A stretch of DNA of 64,000 nt from Carcharhinus longimanus (lineage: Eukaryota), in contig JASCQW010000081.1 of NCBI GenBank assembly GCA_030264375.1, forward strand, positions 71,905,233-71,969,232, read 5' to 3'. Below are positions 11,565 to 22,961 of the stretch, piece after piece (the first letter of the stretch is position 1; each line of letters opens with the position of its first letter). The notes below the pieces were generated by a model. That model searched no databases, had not been told where the DNA came from, and was given only the letters and a program-made list of their open reading frames with translations. The position numbers and the translations under genes are program-made.

Positions 11565-12002
11565 GGAATCTCCCAACACCAGATTAACGTCCAACAGGTT
11601 TATTTGGTAGCAAAGGCCACTGGCTTTCGTAGCGCTGCTCCTTCGTCAGGTGAGTGGGAGTTCTGATCACAAACAGGGCACGTAAAGACACAAACTCAAT
11701 TTGAATGAATAATGATTGGAATGCGAGTCTTTACAGCTGATCAAGTCTTAAAGGTACAGACGATATGGACCTTTAAGACTTGATTAGCTGTAAAGACTCG
11801 CATTCCAATCATTATTCATGTAAATTGAGTTTGTGCCTTTATATGCCCTGTTTGTGATCAGAACTCCCACTCGCCTGATGAAGGAGTAGCGCTCCAAAAG
11901 CTAGTGGCATTTGCTGCCGAATAAACCTGTTGGACTTTAACCTGATGTTGTGAGACTTCTTTCTGTGTTTACCCCAGTCCAACGCTGGCATCTCCACATC
12001 AT
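11565..12002. mobile_element. Penelope-like inverted pLTR pair (~390-bp palindrome)
   Basis: Arms ~11567-11755 and 11769-11958 are reverse complements around a 13-nt loop; each arm has a hammerhead-like CTGANGA...GAAA motif. Confidence 0.85.
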
Positions 12003-14847
12003 GGCCACATTGCGGGTCAGAGCCTGGGGCCACATTGCGGGTCAGAGCCTGGGGCCACATTGCGGGTCAGAGCCTGGGGCCACATTGATCTCTCAAACTT
12101 GAGCACTTATTGAAAATGCTGATTGACCACAATATTTGACAAGTACAAATTACAGACATAGTAGAAATATATTTGAATGAAGGAAGCTGACTTGTACTGT
12201 GGAGTGCAGGAACTGTCAGGTTGAACTGCAGCAGAATAAAATTTAGTAGATATTCTGTAAAGTGATTTGATTATCTTTATCCTTTGTAGAGTATACATCC
12301 TGAACATTCCCTCTAAATATAAAATGGAAAGGTATGGTCTGTGGAAGGAGTGGGCTTGCTGGGTCAAATAGGCTCTATATTAAATTTGTTATTTTATGAC
12401 TCTGACTAATCCATCCAATATGTGACAAGGAAAGCAAGAGTTTTTAGAATATATACTGGTACTACCAGTAATGCAGAAGCAAGTTGAAAATCAGCATAAT
12501 ATTTACAGGCTATTTAAATAATTCTCAAATGAATAGATTAATAATTTTGGTACACTAACAACATTCCATAGGTTTCCCCCTCAAGAAGCCTGGTAATTGA
12601 CCATAATCAGAAGTCTTTATCTCTGATGCATACAACGGAAACAGAGATGCAGATGATAAAAATCAAAGCCGTGTATCACATCCTCAGAGTCTGCCTGCAA
12701 TTGCAAATAACCCATGGGTGAAATTCCAAAACATCCATCAAAATAGTTATTTTCAGCTTGCCAACAATCTCATTCACACATTGCAAACAGTAGATCATAC
12801 AAGACAATTTACTGACAAGAGCTATTTTATAATAAGTTTACTTGTGCTCTGGGGACAGCCCGTGCGCATACACTGCAATGTGTGATTGGGTTGGTGCCAA
12901 ATTGCAGGCAGACACTTGAAAGGGTGTGATGTTGTTCCTACTGCGGCTTGTGGTAACTTTCTGAAGACAGGTTAGTAATTTTCAGGTCTGATTTCTCATG
13001 CTTTTGTATACCTGCGTGTTGAATGCTTCCAGGTCATTCAACATAAATAGACAGTGTGGAAATGCCACCCTCCGACTATCTATTGGCTCACCTTGGGGAG
13101 CTTTTACAAGGCAGTCTAGCAGAAGTTCAGCAATGACCTTGATGCTTGATATTCCTGAGGAGAGCAGTATTCTGTCATGTGGAATTAGGAGACAATGTGC
13201 TCCATTCCTAAGTACTTTCATTGTATATCCTGAATGAACCAAAATTTTGCCAGGCAAAAGCCAAAGGCATTTGATATGAAAACACAGATGTAAATTGACA
13301 AAATAAAAATAACATATCTGGCTGATGTCAGAAAATGTTTTGGATTTTTTGCTAACTGCAATTTTAAAATGATCCAGAAACAAATCTACTCACAAAAGAG
13401 AATATATTATTTGTGTGTGGCCCCCTGATTGCGTGAGGAAACTAAAATATTCATGTAACCTACAGCATGAAAAACACCTCCATAATTTGAAGTGTGTAGA
13501 TATGAACCAGTGAATGAAGAATGTCATTGATGGGGAGGAATGTGGGGTAATTCTTTTCCCTTATTCTCACCTCTCAGCTGATTGCAGCAAGATGTATTTT
13601 GGAGAAGCAATGTCTTAACTCCTTGAGTACAGTGACTTTAACAGATCCGGACAGGATTTCTTTTAAGTTTAAGTGAAATGAAAGGATGAATGTTTATTTT
13701 TCACAATACATGAAATGCGTACGCAACAAGCCCCACTCCCCAAACACACACGTAGACACCCGCACACAAGAAGATATGATTCCTAAAGATGTAACAAGCA
13801 CTTAGATGACTGAAAGAGTACTAAGTACGAGGTCGCTTGCTTACGCAGTCTTTAAGATAGTTTTTGAAACATTGCAGGCCTGAAGCATTCTCTCTTGGTT
13901 AACTGGAAAGTGTGAAAGTTTGACATTTCTGACTGTTTCAGATGACATTGTGGCTAAGTTCCTGTAGTGAAGAAATATAACCTTGTCACTTAAGCAAAAA
14001 AGTCATTCTTCTCTGCCTAAGGTGACTTTTGAGACAAGGTCCTACCTTGTGCTGGATAAAATATCACTTCCCTCTAATCTGTAACTCAGACTGACCCATT
14101 AACCTGAGTTTGTGGATTAGGCGTTTGCTCTGACTCCACCTAGTTTCAGTCATGTGATGGCAGTATCACTGTGGTCCACTGTTCACACAGTAGGTTCAGA
14201 CCAATGTAACTGACCCACAATGGGGGAATGTTTGATATCCCATCCACGTTCCAGTTATGATTATCCTCCCGAATGACTATTTAAAATCCCATCTTCATGG
14301 GACCAGCAAGTCTAACAGCCGTTATTAGTTTAAACCTCTTCCATTTGAATGGTGAGGGTGAGGGGGATTCAATCAGCACCTGTGAAGGCCATTTGCATTT
14401 TAACTTTCCAGAGATGGGATTTTACAGCCTTGCTCACCCCGAAACCGTAAAATCCCGCCCAAGGTCAGTGGAGCTTCCTGACCACTCTGTGGTGGGTGGA
14501 GAAGTAAAATGCCAACCATGTCTCTGCACAGAAACTGCAAAAGGAATCATCTGACTTTCTGGGGTCGTTGTGTGATGGTACTGTGCCCATAAAAGTAGTG
14601 TCCATCTCTCAGTAAGCTTTATAGGCATATAATGTGACCATAACAAAAAACACTGATGTAACTCCAAAGTGTATTAATGTGGTAACTGTGGAAATTATGG
14701 TAAGTCAGATAAGAGTGATGGGATCATCAATAAGTTACTTGGCAGCATTGAGTTAACAAAGGGACTCCAATAAACACCAAAGTAACTCATTGATAGAATT
14801 ATTGAGCTTCAGCCACTTTGCACTGACTCTACCATTTGTTCCCTATT

Positions 14848-14915
14848 CTCCCCCCTTTCCCTCTTCCTCTCTTCCTTCTACTCTCTTTCTCCTTCTCCCT
14901 TCTTTCTTTCTCAAT
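14848..14915. repeat. Polypyrimidine (CT-rich) tract
   Basis: ctcccccctttccctcttcctctcttccttctactctctttctccttctcccttctttctttctc. Confidence 0.8.
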
Positions 14916-15262
14916 CTCCAGCAAAGAATTGAGACTGAAGATAGATTATGGTGAGGATGTTTCTGACATTAGTAACAAACCATGGACTAAGAACAGAAAT
15001 CCAAACCAAGGACTGATTATAATTAAAATCCAATGCTATTGGCCACTAATGGGATCTTCTGGCCTCATTGATATCTACAGAGTTTTGCAATGTTCACTGG
15101 CCATGTTGCCAGTGAACTCCCTGCACGGGATTGCTACTGGGGGACTGGAAAGGTTTGAAAATTCAGCCCTTTGTCTCCATCATTCACATCATTGACTATC
15201 ACTCATTCAGACAAATCGAACTGAGCCATAGGAAAATAAGAAATAGGATCAGGATTATGCCA

Positions 15263-16010
15263 TTTGAATTGAATTGATTTGATTTATTATTGTCATGTGT
15301 ATCAGGACACAGTAAAATTTATTGTTTCTTGCAAGCTCTACAGACAAAACACGTGGTTCATAGTGTACATAGGAGAGGAGGGAAGGATAGGGTGCATAAT
15401 ATAATGTTGCTGTTACCAATATGGTGAGGAGAAAGATCAGCTTAATATGTGACAGGATCATTCAAAAGTCTGATGGCAGTGGGGAAGAAGTTGTTCTTGA
15501 GTCAGTTGGTACACGTTTTCAGATTTTTATATCTTTTTCCCGACAGAAGAAGGTGGAAGAGTATGTCTGGGTTTTGTAGGGTCCTTGATTATACTGCCCG
15601 CTTTTCTGAAGCAGTGGGAATTGTAGACAGAGGCAGTGCATTGGGCTACATTCACAACTCTTTGTCGTTTTGCAGTCTTGGTTGGAGCAAGAACTTTACC
15701 AAGCTGTGATGCATCCAGAAAGAACGCTTTCTATGCTGCACCTGTAAAAAATTGGTGAAAGTTGTAGCGGACATGCCAAATTTCCTCCTGAAAAAGTAGA
15801 GGCTTTCTTAGCTGTTGCATCAGCATGGATTGCTGGTGATCTGAACACCTAGAAACATGAAGCTCTCGACTAGCTCCATTTCTTCATCTTTGATGTAGAC
15901 GAAGGCATGAACTTCATTATATTTCCTGAAGTTGATGACTATCTCCTATGTTTTACTGACATTCAGGGAGTGATTATTGTCATTGCGCCATTTCATCAAA
16001 TTCTCTACCT
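15263..16010 (-). mobile_element. Rex1/Babar-like LINE 3' fragment
   Basis: Same family as 55290-55908; (tcaaa)n tail on the minus strand; degraded FYR...ESVL...CITAW segment. Confidence 0.7.
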
Positions 16011-16939
16011 CTGAGAGAAGAAATTCTCCTTCATCTGTGTCTTAAATGAGAGATCCCTTGTTTTTGAACTGTACCCCCTAGTTCTCAATGCCCCAATGAT
16101 GAGAAACATCAATCCTCTCAGCATCTACTCAAAGCTGTTTCAATAAGGTTGCTTCTCATTCTTTGAACTTCAGTGAGTATAGGAACAACCTACACAACCT
16201 TTCCTCATTAGACAACCCCTTCATCCCAGGAGACAACATAGTGAACGTTGCCTAAACTGCTTTAAAACAAGTATATCCCTCTTTTTGTAAGGAGATGAAT
16301 ACTGAATCCAATGCGAGGTCTGGTCTCACCCACTAAGAAAAGTATATTGTAAAGTTTCTTTCCAAAGTTTGAACTGTACTGCCAATCCATGATGAGCTGT
16401 CTGTGTGAGACAGATATGCTCTAATAAGCAAGTTGTATAAACCTCAGCGTAGTTGAAGTAATGGAACTTCATCTAAAGGTTAACAGAAATCCAATCGAAA
16501 TCAGAAGTCAAAAATCAGGATTAGCTGAGCAGAGTATGGGTGAGCTGTAAGAGGATCAATTACTTCTTTATATAACTTTGAAATGATTAATATCTTAAAT
16601 TTGCCAAAGGGCACATATATAAGCAGCCTAAGCTTTCTGATTTGCAAAGCACTCTTTAAAAAAGTGTCAGTTTGGAATTGCAAAATTCTGTGCGTGCAAT
16701 GGTCACCTTGCTTTATCCGTCTCTGTAATAAGCTGGGAGATATTGAGTTCTAAAATAAGTGTGATGTCTCCCCATGACATTCATTCTCTTGATTTTGTAA
16801 TCTTCACCAATTTCCTTTACATATATTTCCATAAAATTTCCTACACAAGGTAACATAAAAGGAATAATTGCCATGCAGTATTGTCAAGGTGTGCCGATGA
16901 GAACGGAGAGTTTATTTTTCAGTCTGAAAGTCTAAAACA

Positions 16940-17110
16940 AACTTCAGTGCAGTATCGAGGGAGTGCACTTGAAAGATCCCATGGTACTATACAGGGAAGA
17001 ACAGGGTAGTTCTCTGCGCCTGATCCTGCAATCAGCATCGCTTAAGCAAATGATTTGGACATTATCTCATCGCTGTTTCTGAGACCTTGCTGTTCACAAA
17101 TCATGCCCAA
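16940..17110 (+). mobile_element. DeuSINE (SacSINE/AmnSINE-like) relic
   Basis: gcagtatcgagggagtgc...aaagatcccatggtactat...gaagaacagggtagttctc resembles the recalled Deu-domain consensus. Confidence 0.55.
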
Positions 17111-18835
17111 GTACTAGAGTGATTACATTCCTCAATAACATAAAGGACTTCATTCACCACAAAATGCAATGGGCCAATGGAAGCAATGCCAAACGCTCTA
17201 TAGATACAGCTTGTTTTCTCTTCTATAAACTGGGACCGACTCAAACCCATTGCGATAATCTCAGCATGAGTCATTACATGTTTAAACCCATAGAAAGAAT
17301 AATGCTGGAGTTACTGACAGTGCGAACCATTATACTTTATCTATAAGAAAATGACTGGCACTGGAAAGAAAAGGGCAGCGTGGTACATTATTAAACTGTG
17401 AGATGTCAAGAAGCTAGTATCGCCCTGACACAAAGGGATTGTTCTGTAGCGTTTTCAACTCCATTTATCCTGTGACTATTTCGACAACCTACTGGACATG
17501 TGGATGAGGCCACCAGCATCAACATAAAGCAACAAGTCAGTAAACAGAAGCCACTTTGTGTTGATTCTTTTCTGCTTTCACCATAACAATGAGAACAAAT
17601 GAACAAAAGTGGTTTAGACAGGCACTTATTGAAGCCTCAGGGTTAGTGATATTCATATAGACTGATACTGACCTACTCAGCGTCACTCATTAGGCATGAC
17701 TGTCACTCATTTATTTAAGAAACAGAACCTATTTTAATACATGTTTCTTTTTTAAAGAAAGAGCTATTAGGAGTTATTAAAGAGTAGAAAACAAAACATG
17801 GTGCCTTTGGTAACCTTAGGATAGTCCAATGATTTCACAGCCCATTATTTGATTTTGAAGTGTTGTTACTATTATTAGGAACATAGCAGTCAATTTACAT
17901 CCAGCGAGTTCCAACTAACAGCAATGTCCAGTAAGCCTGTTTGTGTAAGTAAAATACTGAGGATACTGGAAAGCTGAAATAAAAAGTGCACATGCGAGAA
18001 ATACACAGCAGGTCAGATAACACCTGTGGAAAGAGAGAAACAGAGGGTGGGATGTTCCAGCCCTTCCCATTGGCAGAATCTTCCAGTCCCGCCGAAGGTG
18101 ACCCTGACCACGGCAGCTTCCCAAAATCCCATAGACATCAGTGGGAGCGGAAGATCCCACCGGCAACCATGGTGACACACTTCTTTCACTGGAAAACTTG
18201 CTGTAACGGTGGAGGGGATCTGGCTCAACATGAAGAAAGTGTCCACCAAGGGAAGGGCTGGGTATGAGCTGGTATTGGCCTAATCTATTTAGGGAGAACT
18301 TTGGACATAGCCACAGGGGCTGCTGGATCTGGAGATGGGTTGTTTAGAAGGCCTTTCTCATTGCCATAAGACTACCCCACTGAAAAGAACACAAAGACCA
18401 TCCATTTCTCACCTTCAAACCTTCTAAACACATCCCATGTCCCATCCATTCCAAGTCATGCCTCTCATCTACCCCTAAGTGTCCTCATGCCCCCTATGTC
18501 AGGCTCCATCCTTCCACTCACCCCCTGAGGCCCCTCATGTCTCTATACCAGGTTTTGCCATCCTATTTACCCCCCCCCTCCAATACCCCTCATGTCCCCT
18601 ATGCCAGACTCTGCCCTTCCACTCACATCCTCAGGCCTCTCATATCCCAAATCAGGCCTTGGCATTTATATTGACCCACTGTAAACTTTCTTGAGTTAAT
18701 GAACACCACGGTGTAAAGTTTCAAATGTTAAAAAAAATTTTGAAAAAATGTAACCATTTATCCTTTTCACCTGTGAAGATTACCTGGATGGCAAGGTATT
18801 TAAAGTATCAATCATTTCAAAAACTTCAATCCACA

Positions 18836-20420
18836 AACATAGAGTCATACAGTACAGAAGACATCTTTCAGCCCATTGAGTCTGAACCAAAAATACTAAA
18901 CTGAATCTACACTGATCCCACTTTCCAGCACTTGACCCATATCCTTGAATGTTATGACATTTCAAATGCTCATCCAAATACTTTTTAGAAGTTGTGAGGT
19001 CCCCTGTCTCTACTACTGTTCCAGACAATGCATTCCAAACTCTCACCAGCCTCTGGGTAAAAACTGTTTTCCTCAAATCCCCACTAACCCTCATCTGAAA
19101 ATTATAGCCCCTTGTTATTGACCCTTCAGTAAAGGGGAACAGCTGTTTCCTACCAACTCTGTCCATACCCCTATAATTTTGTACACCTCAATGATATCCC
19201 CCCTCAGCCTTCACTGCTCTAAAGAAAATAATCTGAGCCTATCCAGCCTCGCTTCACAGCTCAAATGCTCCATTCCAGGCAATGTCCTTGTGAAGCTCCT
19301 CTGCACCCACTCCAGTGCTCTGATGGCAACACAGGTAGATAGAGTGGTGAAGAAGGCATACAGAATGTTTGTATTCATTAGAATATAGGAGCAGGGAGGT
19401 CTTGATACAAATTTATAAAATGTTAGTTATGCCACAGGTGGAATATTGTACGTAGTTCTGATCACCACACTATCGGAAGAACGTGATTGCACTGGACAGG
19501 GTGCAGAGAAGATTCACAGGATGTTGCCTGGGATGGAAAATTTCAGCAGTGAGGAGAATGTGTTCTCCCTTGAGCAGAGGAGTCTCAGGGGGAATCTGAT
19601 AGAGGTGTACACAGTTATGAGGGGCATAGATAGAGTAGATCATAAGAATCTTTTCTCCAGGCTGAGATGTCAAGACCAGAGGGCCTAGGTTTAAGGTAAG
19701 GAGTAAATGGGTTAGAGCATTTCTGAGGAAGCAATTTTGACCCAGAGGGTGGCCAAAAGATGGAAAGCAGTACCTGAGAGTGTGGTGTGGAGGAAGGTAC
19801 TCGCGCAACATTTAAAAAGCATCTGGACAAGCACTTAAATTGATAAGGCATAGTAGGTTATGGACCAAGTGCTAGTAAATGGGATTAGTATAGATTGGCA
19901 TTTGATGGTTGGTATAGACATTGTGGGCTGAAGGGCCTGTATCTGTGCTGTATGACAACTCTATGATAATCAATGCCACAACTGATAAAGGTAAATGTCC
20001 TGTATGCCTTCTTAACTGCTCTGTTGACTTATTCTGACATCTTCTGAGATGTGGACAAACACTCCAAGATACCTCTGTTTCTCTTAGCTTCCTGGTGTCC
20101 TGCCATTCATTGAGTACTCCCTTGTCTTGTTACTCCTTCCAGAGGGTATCACTTCACATTTTTCAGGGTTAAAATCCATCTGTCACTAATCAGACATCTG
20201 ACCAACCACCTAAGATCTTGTTCCTCATTATTAGTAACCCTGCCAATCTTTGTGTCATCCTCAAACTAACTTATCAACCATCCCCCACAATCTCATCTAT
20301 ATCATTTGTATATACCATGCGCAAAAAGGGACCTAGCACTGATTCCTGTTGTATGTCATTGGGCACTAGCCTCCAGTCATGCAAACAACTTTCTAACACC
20401 ATCCTCTGTCTCCTAGCACT
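18836..20420. mobile_element. CR1 fragments in opposite orientations (minus 18836-19320 and 19966-20420; plus 19321-19965)
   Basis: ORFs 18780-19166(-) and 19446-19688(+) both carry CR1 C-terminal motifs (SITRG..., FTQRLVRVWNAL; FSLEQRSLRGNLIEVY). Confidence 0.85.
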
Positions 20421-20543
20421 GAGAAGTCTCACAATATCAGGTTAAAATCCAACAGGTTTATTTGATAGCAAACGCCACTAGCTTTTGGATTTTCTACCAA
20501 ATAAACCTGTTGGACTTTAACTTGGTGTTGTGAGACTTCTTAC
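20421..20543. mobile_element. Short palindromic Penelope pLTR derivative
   Basis: agaagtctcacaatatcaggttaaaatccaacaggtttatttgatag ... ctaccaaataaacctgttggactttaacttggtgttgtgagacttct (~50-bp inverted arms). Confidence 0.8.
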
Positions 20544-21261
20544 TTGGTTTTGATTGCCAGCGAGTGTCACATAGGAATTTACCAGAATTTTTTTTTCTCC
20601 TCCTGGCCCTGGGGATTTTACTATTTTTTCTCTCTCTCCCAGGAGGTTACAAAGTTGCAGAGTACAGTTGAGGAGAAAGTGTCTATCCATGATGTTTCAT
20701 CATGGTGTGATGCTAGGTGAACATAAGAACATAAGAACATGGCCTTTTCTTGTCCAATAATTATGTGTGTACACACACAGTTGGGCTTTGAAGCTGTCAT
20801 TTCTTGCCCTTGACTGTTGTAGAAGGATCTTACAGCAACAATCATCCAAAACGCCCGGAGACTCCGTGGTGTGCTGAATGCATCACATTCTCAGAATTCA
20901 CCCTGACATTACTGACGAATAAAATTGTTCCTCAGTTCCAAACAAGACAAAACTGCCACAGCCTCAGCCTGGAGTGATGATCTCACACTGCCAAGAGAAA
21001 TATAACAACATCATTATGTGTCACTTCCACTGATCACCTCGATTTTCAGACTGATGTTGTGTTGGTAGTTCAACATTACAGAAATGCGTACTCTTGCCAA
21101 CTAATTTGTGGCATGAAATAAATGGATTTGAATTTATAAAGGAGATACATTGCTTTCATGATCATTTGACTGAAATCCAGTGGAACAGCAACCTAAAAAT
21201 GAAGACTTTCCATTAAAATACCCCCCCCTAGGCATTCCAAGCACTCCACAGCCAATAGTGG

Positions 21262-21578
21262 TCTGGTGGCACAGTGGTTAGCACTGCTGCCTCTCAGCTC
21301 CAAGGACCCGGGTTCAGTTCCAACCTCGGGTCGCTGTCTGTGCAGAGTTTGCACATTCTCCCCATGTCTGCATGGATTTCCTCTGGGTGCTCCAGTTTCC
21401 TCCCACAGTCCATAGATGTGCAGGTTAGGTGGATTGGCCATGCTAAATTGCCCCTTAGTGTCATGGGGATTAGTGGGTTAAGTGAGTGGGGTAATGGGGA
21501 TAGAGCCTGGGTGGGATTGTTGTCAGTGCAGGCAGATGAGCTGAATGGCTTCCTACTGCATTGTATGGATTCAATAAT
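21262..21578 (+). mobile_element. HE1-type SINE
   Basis: Same head, V-domain and CR1-type tail as 5284. Confidence 0.85.
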
Positions 21579-22961
21579 CTAATGGACTTGTTCTTTTGAA
21601 GGGTTGTTGCTGCTGTATTTTAGGGAAAGACTTGTGCACAGAAAGGTAAATGACCACATCATGAGATAGTTGAGGGATAAGTATTGGCCAGGATGCCATG
21701 GATAACTTCTTTGCTGTTTTCGAAATAGATTAGATTTTGTTCATTCATGGGATGTAAATGCCAGTGGCAGGGTCAGCATTTACTATTGGTTCCTAACCAC
21801 CTTTGAGCTGCTGCCTTAAACCACTGTAGTTTGTGTGATGTAGGTATCTCCACAGTGCTGTTAAGGAGGGCATTTCAGCAACAATGGAGGAATGGTGATA
21901 TATTTCTGAGTCAGGATACTGTGTGACTTGGATGGCAGCTTGCAGGAGGCAGTATTCCCCTTGTGCCTACTGCCTTTGTTTTTTTTTGATGGTAATGGCT
22001 GCTGGTTTGGAATTTGATGTTGAAGGAATCTTGGCATGTTACTTGAGTACATGTTGTGCATGGCCCTCACTGCTGCCACCCACGTGCCATGTGGGGGGCA
22101 TAAATGTTTAAGATACTGAATTGGAAACTGAAAAAAGTGGCCTATTTTACCCTTAATTACTTTGAATGTCTTGAGTGTTGTTGGAGCTGCACTCATCAGG
22201 CAAGTAAGGAAGACTCTATTGAACTCCTGACTTGCGGATGGTTGACAGGCTTTGGGGGGTCAGCAGGTGAGTTACTTACTGCAGAATACTTTTGACCTGC
22301 TTTTGAAGATACAGTATTTATGCAGCTAGTCCGGTTAAATCTCCAGACTGTAGTGACTTCCATGATGTTGATGTTTATGGTGGAGGATTGGTGTTCAGTC
22401 ATTGGAATGCTATTAAATGTCAAGGGCAGCAAGGTGGTACAGTGTTAATCATTGCTTCCTCCCAGCGCCAGGACATCGGTTCGATTACAGCTTGGGTCAC
22501 TCTTTGTGTGGAGTCTGCATGTTTTCCCCGTGTCTGCATGGGTTTCCTCCTGTTTCCTCCCACAGTCTGAAAGACGTGCTGGTTTGGTGCATTGGCCATG
22601 CTAAATTCTCCCTCAATGGACCCGAACAGAATGTGGTAACTAGAGAATTTTCATAGTAACATCATTGCAGTGTTAATATAAGCCTACTTGTGAAGTCAGA
22701 AATAAGCTTAAACAAGGAGACATGGTTAGACTCTGCCCTGCTGTGGACGAGGGTCATTGGCTGGCATTTGTATGGCATGAATATTACTTACCAGTTAACA
22801 GCCCAAGCCTGGTGTTGTCCAGATCATGTTGCTTGCAAGCATGCTTCAATTTCAGAGGAGTTGCAAATGGAGCGCAACACTGTGCAATCATCAGTGAGTA
22901 TTCCTGCTTCTGACCTTATATTGGAGGGAAGATCATTGATGAAGCAGTTGAAAATGGTTAG

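Larger units (their letters stand above)
10891..12088 (+). repeat. 25-bp minisatellite (GAGGGTCAGAGCCTGGGGCCACATT)n, ~10 full units in 4 blocks
   Basis: Units at 10891-10990 (x4), 11115-11139, 11513-11562 (x2), 12012-12086 (x3, GCGGG variant). Confidence 0.95.

Noticed and set aside
10891-12088. CRISPR array
   Set aside because: Vertebrate DNA; units are mostly head-to-tail with no spacer; inserts are 100-440 bp PLE pieces; no cas genes.
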